From: an uncultured bacterium
GTDB taxonomy: Bacteria > Margulisbacteria > WOR-1 > CAVSGV01
DNA length: 32,000 nucleotides
Assembly: GCA_963699255.1 (NCBI GenBank)
Contig: OY969425.1
Location: 720,001 to 752,000 of the forward strand
Direction of reading: 5' to 3'
A program made the position numbers and the translations under genes. Under the pieces are notes generated by a model that did no database searches, was not told where the DNA came from, and was given only the letters and a program-made list of their open reading frames with translations. Of this stretch, positions 26,001 through 32,000 are shown piece by piece; within the stretch, counting starts at the first letter, position 1, and every line of letters begins with the position of its first letter.

Positions 26001-28888
26001 GGCAGGGATTCTCCGCCGTCGTTATAAGCATGAACGTGACGGACGCATAGCGTATTTGCGGTCAACCCGCCCTCTTTGGTGGTGGTGACATTAGCTGTCG
26101 CCAGAACTTTTAAGTTGTGATCATAATCATGAACAGCATAGCCGATCTCGTCCGCCACATCGCTCCACGTCCATTGAATTTCTGAGGTTGAGTTCGCAGT
26201 GCCGATGAAAGTTGCTGGCACATCGGGATAGGCAATTCCGCCTGTATATCCGGAATAATGGTAACCCATATCCACTATCCCGGTATCCCCCTTAGTCGCG
26301 TCCGTATTTGTCCCATATCCCTCAAGCGAACTCAGGCCAAGTATATGTGCGTCGCCGGAGCCGGAATTGGTGCAGGGAGAATAATCTAAAAGATGCACAT
26401 CACCACCCGCCGCATTCACAAAGAGCGCATCCGCGCTGATATTCCCTGTCCCCGTCCAGCCACCCTGAATGCAGGAATAGGACACCTCCGGAGTAGAAAG
26501 GCCATCTGCAGAGTACATGCTTCCTCCAGAAATTTGATTGTATATGATCGAGTTTTTGATCTTTGGACAGGAGGAGGTGCAGTTATATATTCCACCAGTA
26601 TTACCCCATGCCTTATTTAAAGTAAAAGTACAGCTTAAGATGATCGGGGAAGAATTGGGCCAGTTACATATCCCGCCGCCGTTGCCGCTGCCATTCATTG
26701 CACTGTTTGAAGTAAAAGCACAGTTTGAAATAGTTGGGGAAGAGTAGCTATTGAACATCCCGCCACCACACCAGTTATTTGCATTATTTGAAGTAAAGGT
26801 GCAGTTTGAAATTTCGGGGGAAGAGTAGCTATTGTATATCCCGCCACCACCCTGAGGCGCACTATTTGACTTAAAAGTGCAGTTTGAAATGATCGGATAG
26901 GATTGAGTGTTGCCTATCCCGCCGCCGAAATATGCGCTGTTTGACTCAAAAGTACAGTTCGAAATAGTTGGGGAAGAGAAGTTATTGAATATCCCTCCGC
27001 CCAACCAGTTATTTGCACTGTTAAAAGTAAAGGCGCAGCCTAATATCTCCGGAGTGGAGAAGTGGCAATACATCCCGCCGCCGCCGTAGCTCGCGCTACT
27101 TGCCCTATTAAAAGTAAAGATGCAGTTATTGATGGTCGGGGAGGAACTCTCAAGAGAAAGCCCGCCGCCAGATTCGGCACTGCCATTTCGTATGGTTAAG
27201 CACTCAATTGTTGTCGCAGTACTGAGTCCGGTCCCTCTCATGCACCGGACTATTGCGTCACCGGATATTGTCGTGGTTGTTGCATCTCCCGTTGGACTCC
27301 AGTTACCGTCAAAGCCTCCTCTTAAATATGTTCCGCTGTCAAGAGTAATGGTAGAAGTCAGATGATAGAGGCCCATCCTCACAAAGATAGCTTCACCGCT
27401 GGATGCTTTCGCCTCGGCGCTGTTGATCGTTTTAAATGGATCCAACGGAGTACCGGTTCCCGGCCCCGCAACACCGGCATCAACATACCAGTAATTATTG
27501 AAAGGCCCATACGGCCCGGAGTCCAGGGTGGTCGGATTGGCAATATCAGCACCGTTATAGCTCTTAAGATGCAGATACCAGCCGTCTGTTGGAGCTTCCA
27601 ATGTCAAAAGGCCGCTGCTCCATGTGGTGCCCCCTCCTCCCCACGTCTCGGTCGCGCTCTGGGTCCATGTATATTGATAGTACTTCACTCCTCCGGCACC
27701 GAAAGCAGGCACGCTTGTGAATGTGAATGTTGTCCCGACCTTATTTGATGTCACATTGGGAGGAAGCGCCCAAGTGTATTTCGCGTCAGTTGTTGAAGGC
27801 AGCGATTCTCCGCCGTCATTATATGCGTGGACATGGCGGCTATATCGGGTATTGGCGGCCAACCCGACCTCTTTGGTGGTGGTCGCGTCAGCAGTCGCCA
27901 GAACTTTTAAGTTGTGATAATCATCATGCACGGCATAGCCCAACTCATCCGCCACATCGCTCCATGTCCATTGAATTTCTGAAGTTGAGCTGGCAGCGCC
28001 GTTGAAAGTTGCCGGCGCGGCGGGACAGGGAACTCCGGATGTATATCCGGTGAAATGATATCCCATATCCACGATCCCGGTATCACCGTGAGTAGTATCC
28101 GGGTTTGTTCCATAACCCTCCGTTGATCCCAGCCCAATGGTGTTGGCGTCGCCGGAGCCGGAATTGGTGCATGGGGAGTAATCAAGAAGGTGCACATTTC
28201 CACCGGCGCCTCCACTCACAAAACACGCGTCCCCGCTGATATTGCCCTCCCCTGTCCAGCCACCCTGAACGCAGGAGTATGTTACCACCGGAGTAGAAGT
28301 GGCGTCATTGGAGATGCTTACCCCTAAAGTTTGATTATAAATGATCGAATTTTTGATTTGTGGGGAGGAAGATGAGTTACAGATCCCTCCGCCGCAGCCG
28401 GTGCCGCCTGCGCTATTTAAAGTAAAGGTGCAGTTTTTGATTGTTGGGTTGGAAGAAATGCCGTTATATATTCCGGCACCCTGGCCGCTGTATGAATTAC
28501 TATTTGAAGTAAAGATACAGTTATTTATATTTGGGGAGGAATTGCCGTTATATATCCCGCCGCCGGACCAGTCGGCTCTATTTGAAGTAAAAATACAGTT
28601 ATTTATATTTGGGGAGGAATTGCCGTTATATATCCCGCCACCGTAATTTGTACTATTTAAATTAAACCTGCAGTTTAGTATCGTTGGGGTGGAGTAATTG
28701 TTATTTATCCCGCCGCCATGGTCTGCGAAACTTGATTCAAAAGTGCAGTTTGAGATTCTCCGGAGTGGAGTAATTATTATATATTCCGCTGCCAGAATTT
28801 GCAGTAAAAATACATCTTGCGATGGTCGGGGACGATGAATTGTCATATATCGTGCTGTAGCCATACACGTTGAATGCAGTAAAGACAC
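22766..28888 (-). CDS. middle segment of giant modular beta-helix surface protein (second ORF; real coding probably begins near 28765)
   Basis: Three complete DUF1565-like starts (WYVDAGVAGPGTGTPxDPFKTINSAEAKASSGEAI) plus rungs. No start signal or signal peptide; the N-terminus is out-of-frame sequence. Confidence 0.85.
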   Translation of the reverse strand: MSLLHSTCMATARYMTIHRPRPSQDVFLLQILAAEYIIITPLRRISNCTFESSFADHGGGINNNYSTPTILNCRFNLNSTNYGGGIYNGNSSPNINNCIFTSNRADWSGGGIYNGNSSPNINNCIFTSNSNSYSGQGAGIYNGISSNPTIKNCTFTLNSAGGTGCGGGICNSSSSPQIKNSIIYNQTLGVSISNDATSTPVVTYSCVQGGWTGEGNISGDACFVSGGAGGNVHLLDYSPCTNSGSGDANTIGLGSTEGYGTNPDTTHGDTGIVDMGYHFTGYTSGVPCPAAPATFNGAASSTSEIQWTWSDVADELGYAVHDDYHNLKVLATADATTTKEVGLAANTRYSRHVHAYNDGGESLPSTTDAKYTWALPPNVTSNKVGTTFTFTSVPAFGAGGVKYYQYTWTQSATETWGGGGTTWSSGLLTLEAPTDGWYLHLKSYNGADIANPTTLDSGPYGPFNNYWYVDAGVAGPGTGTPLDPFKTINSAEAKASSGEAIFVRMGLYHLTSTITLDSGTYLRGGFDGNWSPTGDATTTTISGDAIVRCMRGTGLSTATTIECLTIRNGSAESGGGLSLESSSPTINNCIFTFNRASSASYGGGGMYCHFSTPEILGCAFTFNSANNWLGGGIFNNFSSPTISNCTFESNSAYFGGGIGNTQSYPIISNCTFKSNSAPQGGGGIYNSYSSPEISNCTFTSNNANNWCGGGMFNSYSSPTISNCAFTSNSAMNGSGNGGGICNWPNSSPIILSCTFTLNKAWGNTGGIYNCTSSCPKIKNSIIYNQISGGSMYSADGLSTPEVSYSCIQGGWTGTGNISADALFVNAAGGDVHLLDYSPCTNSGSGDAHILGLSSLEGYGTNTDATKGDTGIVDMGYHYSGYTGGIAYPDVPATFIGTANSTSEIQWTWSDVADEIGYAVHDYDHNLKVLATANVTTTKEGGLTANTLCVRHVHAYNDGGESLPSATDAKYTWAVPPNVTSSKVGTTFTFTSVPTFGAVGPGGVQYYQWTWTQSATETWGGGSTTWSSGLLTLEAPTDGWYLHVKSFNGDGIANPTTLDSGPYGPFNNYWYVDAGVAGPGTGTPSDPFKTINSAEAKASSGEAIYVRMGVYHLTQTITLDSGTYLRGGFDGNWSSTGDATTTIISGDAIVQCMYGKNLSSATTVEGFTIKNGFIAGSGGGLYLISSSASIINCTFTSNKASGNGNGIYILYSSPQISGCAFTNNTNNGYGGGIYNVQTSPLILNCLFASNNVYQGGGIYNDKASPIISSCTFTSNIGSNSGGAIFNSYSSPEVMNCIFTSNSAAAGGGICDMSISCPVIINCVFTSNSSTGYYGGGIYNNGSCSPVISNCAFALNSAVNGGAIYDEGNSSPSISNCTLTSNSATSYGGGIYNFGSCSPVITNSIICKNSCAALNAGNIYNISSSNPIVTYSCVQPLIAATGNISGEPQFVNGPAGNVHLLDYSPCTNSGTGDAHLLGLGSLEGYGTNPDTTHGDTGIVDMGYHYTGYSSGVPCPAAPATFSGTASSTSEIQWTWSDVAGEIGYSVHDDYHNLKVLEAADATTTKEAGLTANTLCSRHVHAYNDGGESLPSNTDAKYTWALPPSVTYNKVGTSFTFTSVPTFGAVGPGGVQYYQWTWTQSATETWGGGSTTWSSGLLTLEAPTDGWYLHLKSYNGDNIANPTTLDSGPYGPFNNYWYVDAGVAGPGTGTPSDPFKTINSAEAKASSGEAIYVRMGVYRLTATITLDSGTYLKGGFDGNWSSTGDASTTIISGDAIVQCLYGTGLSSATTIEGFTIKKGYTTGNGGGLSLESSSPTITNCAFSFNNASGQGGGAMYCHNSTPEVLNCTFTSNTSANYGGAIYNNYASPTFLSCAFGSNSTTTFGGGAIWNGYASPAISNCTFNSNTANNASTGRGGGIGNNNSSSPTISNCTFTSNSAGAGGGAVFNTVSSTPNISNCTFESNSTTSYGGGIYNNGVSPTISGCTFHSNKSNTGYGGGIYDASASPNISNCGFTTNSSINGYGGGIFNHTSSPENLWLHLYFM
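23670..24205 (-). repeat. high-identity linker repeat copy C (approximate bounds)
   Basis: Same linker block, with the FGAVGPGGVQYYQWTW variant. Confidence 0.8.
25560..26060 (-). repeat. high-identity linker repeat copy D (approximate bounds)
   Basis: Same linker block, with the FGAVGPGGVQYYQWTW variant. Confidence 0.8.
27360..27850 (-). repeat. high-identity linker repeat copy E (approximate bounds)
   Basis: Same linker block, with the GGVKYYQYTW variant. Confidence 0.8.
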
Positions 28889-31800
28889 AGTTTAAGATGG
28901 TCGGGTCGGATATATTAGTTAGATAAATCCCGGCGCCAATACCTTTGCCATTTCTTATGGTTAAATTCTCAATTGTGGTGGCGGAACTGAGTCCGGTTCC
29001 ATACATGCACTGGACAATGGCATCTCCTGATATTGTTGTGGTAGTTGCATCTCCAGTAGGGCTCCAATTACCGTCAAAGCCTCCTCTTAAATATGTCCCG
29101 GTGTCTAGAGTAATTGTGGATGTCAGATGATAGAGTCCCATCCTCACAAAGATAGCTTCACCGCTGGATGCTTTCGCCTCGGCGCTGTTGATCGTCTTGA
29201 ACGGATCTGACGGAGTCCCGGTTCCCGGTCCGGCAACACCGGCATCCACATACCAGATCGTGGAGACGTTTTGCGTATATCCGGAATAATGGTACCCCAT
29301 GTCCACGATCCCGGTATCGCCGTGAATGCCATCCGGGTTTGTCCCGTAACCCTGCTGCCATCCCAGATTAAGGTCTGAAGCCTGGCCTGTCCCGGCGTTT
29401 ACGCACTCCGAAGTCGGGAGAAGGTGCACATCAGCGGCCGGTCCGTTTACAAATAGCGGCTCCGCGCTGATATTGCCTGTACCCGGGTAGCCGTCCTCAA
29501 TGCAGGAGTAGATAACGGTTGGAGAAGAGCTGTCATCATAAATGTTCCCTCCTGAATTTCCATAAATGATCGAGTTTAAGATGATCGGTGAGGTGAAGGA
29601 GTTATATATTCCGCCGCCGCTGCTTGCACTATTTGAAGTAAAGGTGCAGTTTGAAATGATCGGGGCAGAGGAGCTGTCATCAAATATTCCGCCGCCGATG
29701 GCGCTTGTACTATTTGAAGCAAAAACGCAGTTTAAAATGGTCGGAGAAGCCGCAGAGAGATAAAGCCCTCCTCCACCATAGTCGCTGCTATTTAAAGTGA
29801 AGACGCAGTGCAAGATGGTTGGAGAGGAACTGCTGAGATAAAGCCCGCCGCCATAGTCGTAGCCATTATAGCCGTTCTGTATGGTAAAACATTCAATGGT
29901 CGTGTTTGAGCCAAGATCGTATCCATACATGCACGGGACATTTCCTTCTCCGGATATTATGGTGGTTGAGGCTTCGCCGGTCTGGTTCCAGTTATTGTCA
30001 TACCCTCCCCTCAGATATATGCCGTCATAAAGAGTGATGGTCCCCGGTCCGTATCCATTCTGGTATAGATAGTAGATCCCCCGCCTCACACGTATCTCAT
30101 CCCCGCTTGCCGCCGCCGCCTCAGCCAGATTGATCGTTCTAAATGGATCCCACTGGGTGCCGCTTCCCTGACCGGAAGCGGCCGCGTCTACATACCAGTA
30201 TGGATATGAATCGTAGGGCCCATAGTCCGCGGTGCCGCTGGCAACACCATCATGGTTAAAGCTCTTAACATGCAAATACCATCCCTCACCGGTAGCCAGT
30301 AAAGTTATGTTGCCGCTGCTCCATGTGCTCTCCCCGCCTCCCCAGGACTCGGTTGGGATCTGATCCCAGGTATACTTATAGTATTGAACCCCTCCCGCTC
30401 CAAAGACAGCTTCATTAGTAAAATTAAAAGATGCCGTATTGTATGGGAGACGGGTTTTTTGATAGGCGACCTCGGGAGAAAGAGAGAGGGTATATTTTGA
30501 ATAACTATTTGAAGGCGCCGAATCCCCGCCGTTGTTATAAGCATGGACATGCCGGGTATATTGGGTATTAGCGCTCAGTCCAGACTCCAGGCTTGCGGTA
30601 ACATCAGCTCCTGTAAGTCCTTTCAAATTCTGACTGTCATCATTAAGGCAATATCCATCCTCCCCCGCCACATCGCTCCATGACCACAAGATGGAAGAAG
30701 CGGATTCCACGGTGCCGATGAAGTTTGACGGCTGAGCAGGAGGACTGGCAGTTGCCTGCGAATACCCGGTGTAATGGTAACCCATGTCCACGATCCCGGT
30801 ATCGCCGTGAATGCCATCCTGGTTGGTTCCATAGCCCTGCTGCCATCCCAGACCAAGAGCTGAAGCGTCGCCGGTCCCGCCATTGACGCAGGGCGAGTAA
30901 TTATAAAGACGCACATTAGCGGGCGCGCCCACGAACTGCGGCTCCCCGCTGATATTCCCGGTCCCGGTGTAGCCGCCCTGGATACAGGAATAGGTAACAG
31001 TTGAACTGGATGAGGTTCTATTTGAGATGTTTCCTCCGGAAGCTTGATAATAAATGATACAGCTTTCGATGGTCGGGGCGGAAGAGGAATCGTTAAGTAT
31101 GGCGCCGCCGTTATGTGCGCTATTTGAATTAAAGGTGCAGTTTGAGATAGTTGGCGAGGATGAGACGTTATATATCCCGCCGCCGCCGTTATTGGAAAAA
31201 GATGATAAATTTGAAGTAAAGACGCAGTTTGAAATGGCTGGGGAGGAGGAGTCGTTAAGTATCCCGCCGCCGCTGCTTGCGCCATTTGAAGTAAAAGCGC
31301 AATTATTGATCGTTGGGAAGGAGTTGTAGTCAGATATCCCGCCGCCGCCCTGAACAGCTCCAACATTTGAAATAAAGGTGCAGTAATTGATCGTCGGTGA
31401 TGAGTTGTAGTTGGATATCCCGCCGCCATAATTATTTGCCTGATTTGAAGTAAAGACGCAATTTAATATGGTCGGGGAGGAACTCTCAAGAGAAAGACCC
31501 GCGCCATAGCCGGAGGTATAACCTTTTTTTATGGTGAGATCTTCAACGGTAGTAGCGGATGTAAGCCCGCTTCCGCTCATGCACCGGACGGTACCCTCTC
31601 CGGATATTATCGTCGCTGAGGCGTCAGTGGTTCGAACATCCCAATTGCTAAGGTCATAACCACCCATCAAATGGACGCCGCTTTTGAGAGTGATAGTGCC
31701 TGTGCCCGGAGCGTTCAGATGGTAGACTCCCTGCCTCACATGTATCTCTTCTGTGCCGGTGGCAGCCGCTTCGGCGCTGTTGATCGTTTTGAACGGATCA

Positions 31801-32000
31801 CCAATAGTCCCGCCTCCTGGACCGGTAACATTAGAATCAACATACAAGATGAGACCTGAAGGAGGCGCAGCAGCGCTTATGGTGAACACGCCGCTTTCCC
31901 CTGTCCCCAGGTTGTAATATGTATCCACCGCGTTCATCTTTATTTTGGCCGTGGTGGTAGGAACATCGGTGACTATCCAGGGATAGATCCCGTCATTATC
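28737..32000 (-). CDS. N-proximal segment of giant modular beta-helix surface protein, truncated by the right window edge
   Basis: Frame stays open from 31937 to 32000 (DNDGIYPWIVTDVPTTTAKIKMNAVDTYYNLGTGESGVFTISA). Modules LYVDSNVTGPGGGTIGDPFKTINSAEA…, WYVDAAASGQGSGTQWDPFRTINLAEA…, WYVDAGVAGPGTGTPSDPFKTINSAEA…. Confidence 0.85.
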   Translation of the reverse strand, partial: DNDGIYPWIVTDVPTTTAKIKMNAVDTYYNLGTGESGVFTISAAAPPSGLILYVDSNVTGPGGGTIGDPFKTINSAEAAATGTEEIHVRQGVYHLNAPGTGTITLKSGVHLMGGYDLSNWDVRTTDASATIISGEGTVRCMSGSGLTSATTVEDLTIKKGYTSGYGAGLSLESSSPTILNCVFTSNQANNYGGGISNYNSSPTINYCTFISNVGAVQGGGGISDYNSFPTINNCAFTSNGASSGGGILNDSSSPAISNCVFTSNLSSFSNNGGGGIYNVSSSPTISNCTFNSNSAHNGGAILNDSSSAPTIESCIIYYQASGGNISNRTSSSSTVTYSCIQGGYTGTGNISGEPQFVGAPANVRLYNYSPCVNGGTGDASALGLGWQQGYGTNQDGIHGDTGIVDMGYHYTGYSQATASPPAQPSNFIGTVESASSILWSWSDVAGEDGYCLNDDSQNLKGLTGADVTASLESGLSANTQYTRHVHAYNNGGDSAPSNSYSKYTLSLSPEVAYQKTRLPYNTASFNFTNEAVFGAGGVQYYKYTWDQIPTESWGGGESTWSSGNITLLATGEGWYLHVKSFNHDGVASGTADYGPYDSYPYWYVDAAASGQGSGTQWDPFRTINLAEAAAASGDEIRVRRGIYYLYQNGYGPGTITLYDGIYLRGGYDNNWNQTGEASTTIISGEGNVPCMYGYDLGSNTTIECFTIQNGYNGYDYGGGLYLSSSSPTILHCVFTLNSSDYGGGGLYLSAASPTILNCVFASNSTSAIGGGIFDDSSSAPIISNCTFTSNSASSGGGIYNSFTSPIILNSIIYGNSGGNIYDDSSSPTVIYSCIEDGYPGTGNISAEPLFVNGPAADVHLLPTSECVNAGTGQASDLNLGWQQGYGTNPDGIHGDTGIVDMGYHYSGYTQNVSTIWYVDAGVAGPGTGTPSDPFKTINSAEAKASSGEAIFVRMGLYHLTSTITLDTGTYLRGGFDGNWSPTGDATTTTISGDAIVQCMYGTGLSSATTIENLTIRNGKGIGAGIYLTNISDPTILNCVFTAFNVYGYSTIYDNSSSPTIARCIFTANSGSGIYNNYSTPENLKLHF

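Larger units (their letters stand above)
16933..32000 (-). repeat. array of about 8 large protein/DNA modules (beta-helix + anchor-Q-like end + FnIII-like linker), mostly 1.6-2.5 kb apart
   Basis: DUF1565-like module starts at approximately 31850, 30200, 29260, 27490, 25690, 23800, 21270 and 19480. Confidence 0.85.

Noticed and set aside
18617-28646. Plus-strand ORFs such as 18617..19069, 23888..24310, 25547..26050 and 28341..28646
   Set aside because: They are antisense readings of the giant repeats, with low-complexity products (MVGEELLLYIPPPP…) recurring wherever the module DNA recurs.
30623-31429. Minus-strand 268-aa ORF MAAGYPTTTHHRRSITAPLFQ…
   Set aside because: Alternate-frame reading of rung DNA inside the better supported beta-helix frame.
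22766-31937. Treating the three giant beta-helix ORFs as three separate genes
   Set aside because: The second and third ORFs begin with out-of-frame repeat translation (MSLLHSTCMATARYMT…, MQYSTLSPPPRTFQ…), lack signal peptides and start signals, and beta-helix homology continues exactly across the frame changes.
16933-32000. CRISPR or other non-coding repeat array
   Set aside because: Repeats are in frame, protein-encoding and variable in length; there is no regular repeat-spacer pattern.

Overview
This 32 kb window is probably from a metagenome-assembled, uncultured bacterium; I do not assign a lineage. The left 14 kb is ordinary gene-dense sequence. On the minus strand are an FGE-sulfatase-like protein, a fused AmmeMemoRadiSam B/A protein and the partner radical SAM enzyme. 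On the plus strand are a tandem pair of paralogous unknown proteins, an LCP-family protein with a LytR_C-like tail, a small membrane protein, an M50/CBS site-2 protease, a DJ-1/PfpI protein, PolX, RarA/MgsA, LarB and LarC. The right 18 kb is a minus-strand secreted/surface operon: a FlgD-Ig-tailed protein, a fibronectin-III protein, and an enormous modular beta-helix protein that runs off the right edge. That protein has about 8 DUF1565-like/parallel beta-helix modules, with hundreds of residues of 'SPxIxNCxFxxNsAxxxGGGIYN' rungs. The most striking signal is that the giant coding region is split into three long ORFs by two +1 frame changes. Both lie at the same 13-mer (AGATTCTCCGGAG on the + strand; coding CCG GAG AAT CT) and at the same place in the beta-helix rung. 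This could be recoding, phase-variation-like inactivation, decay or assembly error, and needs read-level checking. Other signals: extended -10 promoters (TGTTATAAT-like) placed 6-9 nt before start codons, suggesting leaderless mRNAs; two short hydrophobic ORFs missing from the ORF track; predicted export signals on both AmmeMemoRadiSam partners; and GC-rich or GAGATG-type short repeats that intrude into gene starts.
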